Assembly: GCA_029557905.1 (NCBI GenBank) | Contig: JAKQHR010000092.1 | Location: 11,228-75,227 of the forward strand | Length of the DNA stretch: 64,000 nt | Reading direction: 5' to 3' | DNA from: Verrucomicrobiota bacterium | Lineage (GTDB): Bacteria > Verrucomicrobiota > Kiritimatiellia > JAKQHR01 | In this document: piece by piece, positions 44,495 through 53,995 of the stretch | Layout of the letters: the number at the start of each line of letters is the position of its first letter | Numbering within the stretch: the first letter of the stretch is position 1 | Position numbers and translations under genes: made by a program | The notes under the pieces: generated by a model | Databases searched by the model: none | What the model was told of the DNA's origin: nothing | The model's input: only the letters and a program-made list of their open reading frames with translations

Positions 44495-46306
44495 TTATTC
44501 CGGCTTGTCGTTGAGGTCATCAAGGACTTTCAGCGACTTCATGATTTCGTCCCACTCGGGATCAGTTTCTTCGCCGTCGCCCGGCGTCGAGTCTGTTTTC
44601 CCGTCTTTCTCCTCGAGCAAACCCTCCAGCAGAGTTTTGGCTGCGTCTTCAGCCGGTTCCTGAACAGTTTCACCTTCGTCGCCGGATTCACTCGCGGGGG
44701 CCTCGACGGATGTGTCGGCGGGCGCAGCGGCGGCGGGCGCGGCGGCAATCAGGAAGTTGACGGTCGGATTGTGAATGGTGTGCTGTTCAATAATAACCGG
44801 CAGATGTGTATAGGTGAACACTTCGCACGGCATGCACAGGATCTCCAGCACCGCCTCGTCATCCACCTTGTTGCCTACAAACGCATGTACAATCTCGCCG
44901 TTGGAGAAAAACATTTCAGCGGAAACCATCCCCTTGCGCTGCTCCAGCTCAAGGCCGCCCGTTTCTTTTTCGGTGTGCAGGTAATAGACAAGGTCATAGG
45001 TTGAGAATTCTCCGAACGGCCCGCTGTTTTGCCCGGTTGAAGTGCGCAGGCTCTGGAAATATTTCCGGAACCGGCTCGTGTCCAGCTGCGGCAGCAGCAC
45101 CACGGCGTCTTCCCCGCCTGCGGCCGCCGGCACAGTCCGCCTCTGTCTGCGCAGCCGAACAATGAACAGGCCTTCGATGATCACGATGACCAGAAGAATG
45201 TAGCTGGAAATCATATACTTATCGAGGAACCGCACCACTGTGCCGGCCGGTGCGGCGGCGGGCGGTGGTTCTGCCGGAGCGCTTTCTGTTGTTTCTATCT
45301 CCCCGGCTGCAGTCGCGACATCGGCGCTCACCTCGGTTTCGGCTGCAGGTCCCGCCGCCTCGGACTCTTCCGGCGGCGCGGGCTGTTCAGCGAGCAGGGG
45401 TTCTGGTTCCGAAATGCCGGACGGAATTTCCGGCGTGGCGGCCGGCAGATCAGGATCAGCCGAAGGTGCAGCCTCCCGGGCCGCAATCTCCGGCGGCTCG
45501 GTCGCGGCCGCGGGTGCAGGCGCTGGTTGAACCGTCGGCGGCGCGGCAGGCGCGGGTTCGGGAATTACCGGCGCTTCAGGCTCGGGCGCAACCAGCACGG
45601 GCTGTGGCGGGGCTGCCGGGGTTTTAACTTCCTTAACCGGAACTTCTATGGGCGTGGAATCCGCCGGCCGCGCACGAGCGACGGATACTGGCGCGGGCAC
45701 GGGTCTGGGCCTGGGAACCGGTCGAACAACAGGCGGTTCCGGGAGCTTTGCCTCGACGGCACGGACCGGTTCCGGTTGCGGTTCTTCGGCGGCAGGCTCG
45801 GGTTCAGGCGGGTTATAGGCCAGCCCGGCCGGGAGGGCTTTCGGAATGCTCAATTCTGCCCGGTTCTGGAAGAATGTGTATTCAATAATCCGCGCATCCG
45901 GGGTTTCCTGCAGAATGCGGAACTCGTCGCCGGGGCGAAGGCGCAGGAAGCCGCTGACGGCGCGCGCCCGATCCCCGAAAATGAGCTGCTTCTGCTGGGT
46001 GACCCATGCAATCGGATTTCCCTTGCGGTCCAATTTGCCGACGGCTGCGGTTATGCCGTCGGGGAGTGCGACAATATAGAATTCGGGATTTTCCTGCAGC
46101 AGCGGGACGCTGTTCCCGGGGCCGAACATCCGGCTGGCATCAGCCACCGGAAGACGGACATCGCTGCCGGTTACTTCGATGAAGCCGTAATCCTTATTCC
46201 TGCTGTCGGAACAGAACCCGGGCATTGCGGCCAGGCACAGCAGCAACAGTGTCAAACATGTCGGATTGGTCTTCATCCTGCCTGAAAAACTGAAAAGAAG
46301 AGTCAT
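44495..46306 (-). CDS. Pro/Ala/Glu-rich single-pass membrane protein with periplasmic N-domain and cytoplasmic DUF4388 domain
   Basis: Signal/lipobox-like LLLLCLAAMPGFCSD; ~170-aa PAPE low-complexity linker; TM YILLVIVIIEGLFIV; then GEFSTYDLVYYLHTEKETGGLELEQRKGMVSAEMFFSNGEIVHAFVGNKVDDEAVLEILCMPCEVF, which fits the DUF4388 pattern; acidic C-tail. Confidence 0.6.
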   Translation of the reverse strand: MTLLFSFSGRMKTNPTCLTLLLLCLAAMPGFCSDSRNKDYGFIEVTGSDVRLPVADASRMFGPGNSVPLLQENPEFYIVALPDGITAAVGKLDRKGNPIAWVTQQKQLIFGDRARAVSGFLRLRPGDEFRILQETPDARIIEYTFFQNRAELSIPKALPAGLAYNPPEPEPAAEEPQPEPVRAVEAKLPEPPVVRPVPRPRPVPAPVSVARARPADSTPIEVPVKEVKTPAAPPQPVLVAPEPEAPVIPEPAPAAPPTVQPAPAPAAATEPPEIAAREAAPSADPDLPAATPEIPSGISEPEPLLAEQPAPPEESEAAGPAAETEVSADVATAAGEIETTESAPAEPPPAAAPAGTVVRFLDKYMISSYILLVIVIIEGLFIVRLRRQRRTVPAAAGGEDAVVLLPQLDTSRFRKYFQSLRTSTGQNSGPFGEFSTYDLVYYLHTEKETGGLELEQRKGMVSAEMFFSNGEIVHAFVGNKVDDEAVLEILCMPCEVFTYTHLPVIIEQHTIHNPTVNFLIAAAPAAAAPADTSVEAPASESGDEGETVQEPAEDAAKTLLEGLLEEKDGKTDSTPGDGEETDPEWDEIMKSLKVLDDLNDKPE

Positions 46307-46421
46307 TCAAAGAGCCCATTGTGTCAATCCATTATTCAGCGGTTCTCATGGTGTGCAGGAGTGGATCATGACTGCGACTTTGCCTTGATATGATTCGGTC
46401 CAAACTGCTAGGGTACAGCGC

Positions 46422-48767
46422 ATGTCCAATTCGGTCGAAACAGAAAGCGTGGTTTGGCGCGGCGCATGGGGTTTTATATTCCTCGGGCTCGGGATCATTC
46501 TGATGCTGAGCCTGATATCATGGCGGCCGGGCGACCTTTCGCTGATTCAGGACCCCCCGAATGAGCAGGGCACCAATCTGATTGGTCCAGCCGGCGCCTG
46601 GATGGCTTTTGCGGGTTTCGGGCTGCTGGGTGTGACGGGCTATCTGCTTCCTGTTGTCCTGTGGGTGCAGGCCCTGTTCCTTTTTTTAAACAAGAGCGGA
46701 AGCTTCAGGGCCAAGGCGCTTTATCAGCTTGTGGTGCTGCTTTCCCTGGCCTGCATTGTTGAACTTCAGCCGGATCTGTGGGAAGGCCTGCGGACTCATC
46801 TCAATATTTTCTACGCCGGCGGACTCTTCGGACATCTCCTTGCCACCGCCTTCCTGGTGCGGCTTCTGGGCGTGGCGGGATGCGCAATTGTCGCGGTTTG
46901 CGCGCTTCTGACTGCACTGGTGCTGCTTTTTGAAATTGAGCCCGTACAGACCCTCGGAGGAGTCGGAGTCGCTCTGGCGGCTGTGCCCCGCAAAATCGGG
47001 TCCATGTGGCGCGGCGCGCGGGACCGGCGCGCCGCCATTGAGGAAGAGGAGCGCGAACTCGAGCGCCAGCGCCGGCAGCTGGAGAAGGTGGTGCGAAGGC
47101 AGGAACGCCGCCGGCCGGCGCCCGTGGTGGAATCCGAACCCGAGCCCGAACCTGTTCAACCGCCTTCTCCTCCGCGCGAGCCCCGGCCCCCGCGCCGGGA
47201 AAAACCCCGACCGGCTCCGGTTGAGCCGCCCGGGCCATCCGCGGCCGATTCACTTCCATCTCCAACCCCTCAGTACACGCTGCCGGCGATGACTCTTCTG
47301 GATCGTCCGCCGCCCGCGCGTGATCGGCAAATCAAAGAAAATTTTTCCGAGAGCGCGCGTATTTTGCAGGAGACCCTGGCTGATTTCGGAATCGAGGCAG
47401 AAGTGACGAACGTTGAGCGCGGCCCGGTGGTGACGCGTTTTGAAGTTCTGCCGGCCGCAGGTGTTCGCGTCGAAAGAATCAGCGCATTGAGCAACAATAT
47501 TGCGCTGGCCATGAAGGCGGTGAGTATCCGTGTCCAGGCGCCGATTCCCGGCAAGGGGGTGGTCGGCATCGAGGTGCCGAACTCGAGCACAACGCTGGTA
47601 TATCTGCGCGAGCTGCTGGAGGGCGAGGCGTGGCAGAAGTCGCGTGCCGGACTTCCGCTGGCCATGGGCAAGGATGTCGGCGGCAATGATATTGTGGCCG
47701 ATCTGTCGGACATGCCGCACATGCTCATCGCGGGCGCGACCGGCTCAGGAAAGACCGTTTGCATGAATTCGCTGCTCGCGGGGCTGCTGATGTCGCGCAC
47801 CCCGGATCAGCTGCGCCTGATGCTGGTGGATCCGAAGATCGTGGAGTTTTCATTTTACAATGAGCTCCCGCATCTTGTTGTTCCGGTGATCACCGACCCC
47901 AAGAAGGTCGGCCTTGGCCTGCGCTGGGCGATCATGGAGATGGAGAAGCGCTACAAGCTGTTTGCCAAGGCGGGAGTACGCAACATCGCCTCCTACAACT
48001 CGCGCCCGAAAGTGACGCAGGAGGAGCTTTTTGAAGAAGCGGCAGAGCCTGCGGACAATGCCTCGAAAATGCCCGATCGTCTGCCGTATATTGTGATTGT
48101 GGTGGACGAACTGGCCGACCTGATGATGGTGGCGCAGGCGGAAGTGGAAAACTATATTGCCCGGCTGGCGCAGCTTTCTCGCGCGACCGGCATCCATATG
48201 ATTCTTGCCACGCAGCGGCCCTCGGTGAATGTCATCACGGGATCCATCAAGGCGAATATCCCTGCCCGCATAGCCTTTCAGGTTGCGCAGCGCAACGACA
48301 GCCGGACCATTCTGGATGCGAATGGAGCAGACAAGCTTCTGGGAAAGGGCGATATGCTTTTCTTGTCACCGAAGACAGGGAAACTGGTCCGCGCTCAGGG
48401 CACCATGACGAGTGACAGCGAGATCCGCAGGATCGTTGACTGCTGGAAGGAGCAGGGCCGTCCGCAGTACGAGACCGCCATCAAGGAGCAGATCGAAAAC
48501 AAGAAAACAGAGCTGCCGGAGATGAATGATGACGATGAGCTGCTGGATCCGGCGATTGAAATCATCAGGCAGACCCGCCGCGCCTCCACGTCCTCGCTGC
48601 AGCGCCGCCTGCGCATTGGTTATACCCGCGCGGCCCGTCTGATGGATGTCCTGGAGGAAAAGGGGATCATCGGGCCTCCGAACGGATCTGATCCGCGCGA
48701 GATTCTGATTGATCTGGACGGAGAAATCCCGCAGAACCCAGATGAAGACGAGGAGATGGACGACTGA
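46422..48767 (+). CDS. ftsK: DNA translocase FtsK
   Basis: Four N-terminal TM helices, Pro-rich linker, motor domain (MLIAGATGSGKTVCMNSLL, VVDELADLMM), gamma domain winged helix (LQRRLRIGYTRAARLMDVLEEKGIIGP). Confidence 0.93.
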   Translation: MSNSVETESVVWRGAWGFIFLGLGIILMLSLISWRPGDLSLIQDPPNEQGTNLIGPAGAWMAFAGFGLLGVTGYLLPVVLWVQALFLFLNKSGSFRAKALYQLVVLLSLACIVELQPDLWEGLRTHLNIFYAGGLFGHLLATAFLVRLLGVAGCAIVAVCALLTALVLLFEIEPVQTLGGVGVALAAVPRKIGSMWRGARDRRAAIEEEERELERQRRQLEKVVRRQERRRPAPVVESEPEPEPVQPPSPPREPRPPRREKPRPAPVEPPGPSAADSLPSPTPQYTLPAMTLLDRPPPARDRQIKENFSESARILQETLADFGIEAEVTNVERGPVVTRFEVLPAAGVRVERISALSNNIALAMKAVSIRVQAPIPGKGVVGIEVPNSSTTLVYLRELLEGEAWQKSRAGLPLAMGKDVGGNDIVADLSDMPHMLIAGATGSGKTVCMNSLLAGLLMSRTPDQLRLMLVDPKIVEFSFYNELPHLVVPVITDPKKVGLGLRWAIMEMEKRYKLFAKAGVRNIASYNSRPKVTQEELFEEAAEPADNASKMPDRLPYIVIVVDELADLMMVAQAEVENYIARLAQLSRATGIHMILATQRPSVNVITGSIKANIPARIAFQVAQRNDSRTILDANGADKLLGKGDMLFLSPKTGKLVRAQGTMTSDSEIRRIVDCWKEQGRPQYETAIKEQIENKKTELPEMNDDDELLDPAIEIIRQTRRASTSSLQRRLRIGYTRAARLMDVLEEKGIIGPPNGSDPREILIDLDGEIPQNPDEDEEMDD

Positions 48768-49330
48768 TGCCCCGCATAGGACAGATATTCAGGGAAAGCC
48801 GCGAGAAGAAAGGCGTGACGGCCTCGCAGGCCGCCCAGGCCACGCGGATGAAGGTCCAGACCGTTCAGCATCTGGAAAACAATGATTTCGGCAAGATTGC
48901 CGCGCCTGCTTATGTTAAGGGCTTCATCCGCCTCTACGCGGAATATCTGGGGCTGGATCCGGCCCCGCTGATTCGCGAATACCTGAATGGGCTGGGTGAA
49001 ACCCGGTCGCCGATCGCACCCCCGGTGAAGACTTCCCCGTGGCGCGACGTTCTGAAAAAAGCAGCAGGCCGATTGTCAGCCAGCCTGAAAAAAATATCTC
49101 CCGCGGTCTGGATTAAGCTGGCCGGCGCGGCTGTTCTCCTGCTTCTGGCATGGTCGCTGTTGCTGGGCATTTCGGCGGCCGTGCGCCGGAAGGCCGCAGG
49201 CGAACCGCCGTCCGAGGAATTCACTGCCCGCCCCGAAGCCGCTTCCGGATTTCTCGAGGATATTCCCGAACCCTACTGGGATGTGCTCGATCCTTCTTCC
49301 CGGCCCGTTCAAGATGGAGCTGCTCTATGA
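48767..49330 (+). CDS. RodZ-like HTH (XRE-type) membrane protein
   Basis: HTH: REKKGVTASQAAQATRMKVQTVQHLENNDFGKIAAPAYVKGFIRLYAEYLGLDP, then a TM helix (VWIKLAGAAVLLLLAWSLLLGI); start overlaps the ftsK stop. Confidence 0.65.
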   Translation: MPRIGQIFRESREKKGVTASQAAQATRMKVQTVQHLENNDFGKIAAPAYVKGFIRLYAEYLGLDPAPLIREYLNGLGETRSPIAPPVKTSPWRDVLKKAAGRLSASLKKISPAVWIKLAGAAVLLLLAWSLLLGISAAVRRKAAGEPPSEEFTARPEAASGFLEDIPEPYWDVLDPSSRPVQDGAAL

Positions 49331-49944
49331 AATGGAACATTCCGAATATTCTCACGGTCAGCCGCCTCTTTCTGGCGCTTATTTTGCTCATGCTGATCGG
49401 CATGCCTTATCCGCTGACAAAGACGCTGGCCCTGCTGGTGTTCGTCGCCGCCGGGATCACCGATTTTCTGGACGGACATCTTGCCCGCAATGTGTACGGC
49501 GTAACGGCGTTTGGACGTCTCATGGACCCGCTCACCGACAAGGTGCTGGTCTGTTCAGCGCTGGTAAGTTTTGTTGGCATTCGCCTGCCGGGATGGGACC
49601 GTCCGCTGCTTCCCGTGTGGATCGTGGTGGTTGTTATTTCTCGTGAATTCCTTGTGACGGGCCTGCGCCTGCTGGCGTCCAGCATGGGGCACATCATCGC
49701 TGCGGGCCGATGGGGCAAGCATAAGACCGTGTGGCAGATTATCGCCATCTCGGTCATTCTTCTGGGTCTGGCGGTGCGCTATGACGTCCTCGGCCATTTG
49801 TCGCCGGCGGCTCTAGAAAAGTATGACTTTGCCTTTGGTTTGATCGCGTATGCCGTCGGTCTGGCGGTCACCATGATCACTGTGGCTTCGGGAGCCATGT
49901 ATTTTGCCGAGCACACCGAACTGCTTCGGCACAAGATCCAATAA
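49327..49944 (+). CDS. pgsA: CDP-diacylglycerol--glycerol-3-phosphate 3-phosphatidyltransferase
   Basis: CDP-alcohol phosphatidyltransferase motif DFLDGHLARN...GRLMDPLTDKVLV. Confidence 0.85.
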   Translation: MKWNIPNILTVSRLFLALILLMLIGMPYPLTKTLALLVFVAAGITDFLDGHLARNVYGVTAFGRLMDPLTDKVLVCSALVSFVGIRLPGWDRPLLPVWIVVVVISREFLVTGLRLLASSMGHIIAAGRWGKHKTVWQIIAISVILLGLAVRYDVLGHLSPAALEKYDFAFGLIAYAVGLAVTMITVASGAMYFAEHTELLRHKIQ

Positions 49945-49966
49945 ACAGTTTGTGGAGAAAATCATC

Positions 49967-50701
49967 ATGAAAAAATGCTTCGCCCTTTTTGCTGTGACGG
50001 CGGCCACCGCTTTCGCGCAGGCCCCGGAGGCTGTCGCGCAGCGCATGTCGCTTGGCGAAATCATTGAAACCGGCGGCTGGCTGATGTATGTGCTCGGGGC
50101 CATGTCCGTGGCCGGTCTGGCCATGATTATATATTTTTTCATGGTTCTCCGCCCGGAACGGGTTGCGCCCCGGAGTTTTCTGAAGGAACTCAGCACGGAG
50201 CTGAAGCAGCGCCGGTTTGACCGCGCCCGGGAACTCTGCCGCTGCGAAGACCACGCGGCGGCCTGTGTGGCCCTTTCGGGTCTCAATCACCTGGGCAGCA
50301 GCCGGGAAACCGAACCCATGCTCCTGAAGGAGATTATGGAGGGCGAGGGCAGCCGTCAGGCCTCGATGCTTCAGGGGCAGATCCAGTATCTCATGGACCT
50401 GGGCGTTCTTTCTCCGATGGTGGGACTGCTCGGCACCGTCATGGGCATGCTGCGCGCCTTCAATGCGGTCGCGCTTGACATTGCCAAGGCCAAACCGATG
50501 ATTCTTGCGGCCGGCGTGTCGCAGGCCCTTATTACAACGGCCGCCGGTCTGCTGGTGGGCATTCCCGCCATGATCTTCTATTCCTATTTCCGAGGCCGCA
50601 GTTCACGGCTGATCGCCTCCCTGGAAGCCGTTTCGGCCGATCTTCTCGGCGAGCTTCTGGAAGCGGAGAACCTCCCATCTGACCAATCCGGATCCAAATG
50701 A
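49967..50701 (+). CDS. exbB: MotA/TolQ/ExbB proton-channel family protein
   Basis: Signal peptide, then three TMs with LGTVMGMLRAFNAVA and GIPAMIFY motifs. Could be TolQ rather than ExbB. Confidence 0.8.
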   Translation: MKKCFALFAVTAATAFAQAPEAVAQRMSLGEIIETGGWLMYVLGAMSVAGLAMIIYFFMVLRPERVAPRSFLKELSTELKQRRFDRARELCRCEDHAAACVALSGLNHLGSSRETEPMLLKEIMEGEGSRQASMLQGQIQYLMDLGVLSPMVGLLGTVMGMLRAFNAVALDIAKAKPMILAAGVSQALITTAAGLLVGIPAMIFYSYFRGRSSRLIASLEAVSADLLGELLEAENLPSDQSGSK

Positions 50702-51114
50702 ATTTCCGCAGACAGAACCGGCCTGAGGCCCTGAGCTTCCAGATTGCGCCGATGATCGACGTGGTTTTCCTGCTGCTTTGTTTTTTTATCACTTCGCAGG
50801 TGTTTTCGCAGTGGGAAACGGAGATAGACATCGCACTGCCGACCGCAAAGACGGGAGAAGTCCCGCAGCGCCTGCCCGGTGAGCTGATCATTAATATCCT
50901 CGCCGACGGCCGGACCGTGATCAGCGGACAGGAGCAGCCGGAGGACCGTCTGGGCCCGCTTCTCAAGCGTCTTTCAGGATTCTTCCCGGGTCAGCCCATC
51001 ATCATTCGCGCGGACCAGAAGACGCCCTATCAGCACGTGATCCGGGTGCTTGATCTCTGCCGGCAGGCTGATATCTGGAATATCTCGTTTGCGACCAGTG
51101 TGCCGGAGGAATAG
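50698..51114 (+). CDS. exbD: ExbD/TolR biopolymer transport protein
   Basis: FQIAPMIDVVFLLLCFFI N-terminal TM with the conserved Asp; 138 aa. Confidence 0.85.
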   Translation: MNFRRQNRPEALSFQIAPMIDVVFLLLCFFITSQVFSQWETEIDIALPTAKTGEVPQRLPGELIINILADGRTVISGQEQPEDRLGPLLKRLSGFFPGQPIIIRADQKTPYQHVIRVLDLCRQADIWNISFATSVPEE

Positions 51115-51115
51115 C

Positions 51116-53395
51116 ATGAGGACTGCGATTCTTCTATCTGCCTTCTGCATGCTTGCGGCGTCGGTCTGCGCGCAGGCGGACCGTGACCGGCAGTTCGCCG
51201 ACGGACTCTTCGCCCGCGGCTATCACGAAATGGCCGCCCAAGAATATCAGGAACTTCTTGCGCAAGATGCCGCTCGCGGAGACGCTGATGTCATCCTGTA
51301 CCGTCTGGCCGAATGCCTGCGCAAAAGTGGAAATCTGACGGGGGCCGCTGAAACCTGCGGTAAGCTCGCGGCTGAGCATCCGCGGAGTTCCTATGCGGCC
51401 CGCGCCCGCCTGCGCCGGGCTGAAATACTGGTGGAGCAGGGGGGCAGCGACGAAGCCCTTGTCCTGTTGAACGCACTGATTGATTCCTCTCCCGAAGCGG
51501 AGATTTCCGCCGGCGCGCTGTATCATCAGGGAATGATCCTGAAGGAAACGGGGCAGGATGCAAAGGCAGAGCAGGCCTTCTCCAGAATTGTGGCTCAGCA
51601 CAGGAAGTCCCCGTACGCATCCTATGCCGCGCTGGAACTGGCGGGCATTCGCAGGGCAGACAAGCCGTCCGCCGCCGAGGAGCTTTATAAGCAGGTGGCG
51701 GCTGAAAACTCTTCTCCCCGTCTGGCCGCTGAAGCGGTCTTCCAGCAGGGAGTGATGGCGTTTGACCGCAAGAAGTATCGCGAGAGTGCCGCCGCGTTCA
51801 ACCGCCTCCTGAAGGATTGGCCGGATGATCTGCGTGCCGCGGAAACACCGCTGCGTGCAGCATGGGCTTTATTCTACGCGGAGGATTATTCCGGGTGCTC
51901 GGCGCTGGCCGGCAGGCACGGAGAGGAATCTTCCGATGCGTGGCTCTATCTGAAAGCCGCCTGCGCCCGCAAACTGGGCCGCGAGGATGAGGCCGAACGT
52001 CTTTATGAAATCCTGATTGCCAGTCATCCGGGAAGCCCCTGGCATGCCGCCGCCGTGTATGAACAGGCCCGGATTGCCGTTGGCCGGAAGAAATATAAAC
52101 AGGCGGCTGACATGCTTAAGCCCGTGATGGAAGACTCGTCCGTTGGCGAGGCCGCCCATCTGCTGATGATCGAAGCGCTTCTTTCCGACGGAGATGCCGA
52201 CCAGGCTTTAAAAACATGCCGGGCCTTTGCTGAACGGTTTCCCGCAAGCAGGGAGCTTCCGGCTGTGCTGCTTCGTCAGGCCGAAATTCTGATTCAGAGC
52301 GAAATCTTTCCAGAGGCGTCAGAAGTGCTGACCCGTATCGTGCAGAATTATCCGAAGTCGGATGCGGCCTGCGCAGCGCAGTACAATCTGGCGTTTTGCG
52401 CGGAGAAGGAGAATCGATGGGAGGATGCTCTTGCGGGCTGGCGGGCTGCGCGTGAACGCTGTGGAGACTCCGCCCTTGTCGAACAGGCATCTTACCGCGA
52501 GGCTCTTGTGGCCATGCAGCTCGGCCGGGCCTCCGCAGCCTCCGCGTTTGAAAAATTCATCCGTGATTATCCAAAATCAGAAAATGTGCACGAGGCCGCC
52601 TGGCGGCTCGGTCTTCTGCTCACCCGTGCGGGAAAGACGGAGGAGGCTGAAAAAGTCTATAGGACTTCACTGTCCCGCAATCCGCCTGAAGAATGGCGGG
52701 ACCGGTTGAGAATCCCGCTGGCCGCGCTTCTGCAGCAGCGCGGACAGGAGGACGAGCCTGTGGCGCTTCTTCAGCCTTTGCCTGCAAAGGCCGCAATGGA
52801 TGACATGCCGCCCGCCCTCATGCACTGGCTTGCGGGCCGCTTGCTGGCGAAGAATGCTTTTGCCGAAGCGGAAACCATTGCGCTGGCGCTTGCAAAACGC
52901 AAGGATGCGGCCGGCTGGACGCAGGATGGATGGCATCTCGCCGGCCGCGCCGCCGTTGCCCTGAAAAAAACTGCCCGGGCGCGCGAAGCCTTTAAAACTG
53001 CCGCTGAAATGACGGGCGGCGACACCCGCACTTCCGCCGATGCCGCCCTCCAGTGGGGCCTGCTGGCCATTGAAGACAGCGCGACCGATGAGGCGTTCGG
53101 CGCTTTCACGCTTGCCGCAGAGCGCTCCCCCGGCGACGACCTTCTGGAAATCCGCGCACGCAGCTATTATGGTCTTGGCCGCGTTGCCGAGGTGAAGGAT
53201 GACTGCGATGCGGCCTCGCGCTACTATTTGAGCGTCGGACTTCTCTTTGACGAACCTTCGCTGGTGCCTGAATGTTTGTGGCGCGCCGCGGAATGCCTCG
53301 GAAAACTTCAGCGAAACGACGAAAAGAACCTGACCCTCAAGGAACTGCGGGAACGCTATCCTGACAGCGAATGGGCAAAGAAGGAACTGCCGTAA
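51116..53395 (+). CDS. Secreted TPR-repeat protein (~760 aa)
   Basis: Signal peptide MRTAILLSAFCMLAASVCAQA, then tandem TPR-like repeats with recurring YxxA...HPxS segments. Position after ExbB/ExbD suggests a Tol/Ton-associated role. Confidence 0.7.
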   Translation: MRTAILLSAFCMLAASVCAQADRDRQFADGLFARGYHEMAAQEYQELLAQDAARGDADVILYRLAECLRKSGNLTGAAETCGKLAAEHPRSSYAARARLRRAEILVEQGGSDEALVLLNALIDSSPEAEISAGALYHQGMILKETGQDAKAEQAFSRIVAQHRKSPYASYAALELAGIRRADKPSAAEELYKQVAAENSSPRLAAEAVFQQGVMAFDRKKYRESAAAFNRLLKDWPDDLRAAETPLRAAWALFYAEDYSGCSALAGRHGEESSDAWLYLKAACARKLGREDEAERLYEILIASHPGSPWHAAAVYEQARIAVGRKKYKQAADMLKPVMEDSSVGEAAHLLMIEALLSDGDADQALKTCRAFAERFPASRELPAVLLRQAEILIQSEIFPEASEVLTRIVQNYPKSDAACAAQYNLAFCAEKENRWEDALAGWRAARERCGDSALVEQASYREALVAMQLGRASAASAFEKFIRDYPKSENVHEAAWRLGLLLTRAGKTEEAEKVYRTSLSRNPPEEWRDRLRIPLAALLQQRGQEDEPVALLQPLPAKAAMDDMPPALMHWLAGRLLAKNAFAEAETIALALAKRKDAAGWTQDGWHLAGRAAVALKKTARAREAFKTAAEMTGGDTRTSADAALQWGLLAIEDSATDEAFGAFTLAAERSPGDDLLEIRARSYYGLGRVAEVKDDCDAASRYYLSVGLLFDEPSLVPECLWRAAECLGKLQRNDEKNLTLKELRERYPDSEWAKKELP

Positions 53396-53992
53396 ATGAA
53401 AGAACAGGACTGGGACATCAAGGCAAGGTCAGAGGCGTGCTCAAAATGCGAGCATGAGTATGAAGATCAGGAGCCCTTCTATTCGAAACTGACCTTTGAA
53501 GAGGACGGTTATCACCGCTCTGATTTCTGCGAGAAATGCTGGACGGATGAAGTGCAGGCCAGCGCCCTCAGCCGCTGGCGCACGATCTATCGCTCCCCCG
53601 CGCCGCCGCCGGAACCGGCGGTGAAAAAGGAAACCGCCGAATCTCTGCTGCGTGAACTGATCGAGACTGACCGCATGGAGCAGGCCAATACGATATATAT
53701 TCTGGCGGTGATGCTTGAGCGCAAGCGCATTCTGGTCGAGCGCGATGTGCAGGAGCGCGAGGACGGCACGCTCATACGCGTTTACGAGCACAAGAAGACC
53801 AACGAAGTCTTCATGATTCCTGATCCGCGTCTCAAACTGGCCGAACTTGAAACGGTGCAGGCGGAAGTGATTGCCATGCTCGATGGAACCGCCCGTGCCG
53901 CCCAGCAGGAGCTTTCAGCGCCGGTTGGCGGCGAACCCGCGCCGGAAGCTGCACCTGAGAACTCCCCGCCGGAAGCTCCGCCGGCTTCCTGA
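53396..53992 (+). CDS. Hypothetical protein with N-terminal Cys4 zinc-ribbon and acidic/Pro-rich C-terminus
   Basis: CSKCEH...x22...CEKCW; no recognised catalytic motif; start adjacent to the TPR gene stop. Confidence 0.5.
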   Translation: MKEQDWDIKARSEACSKCEHEYEDQEPFYSKLTFEEDGYHRSDFCEKCWTDEVQASALSRWRTIYRSPAPPPEPAVKKETAESLLRELIETDRMEQANTIYILAVMLERKRILVERDVQEREDGTLIRVYEHKKTNEVFMIPDPRLKLAELETVQAEVIAMLDGTARAAQQELSAPVGGEPAPEAAPENSPPEAPPAS

Positions 53993-53995
53993 TTT

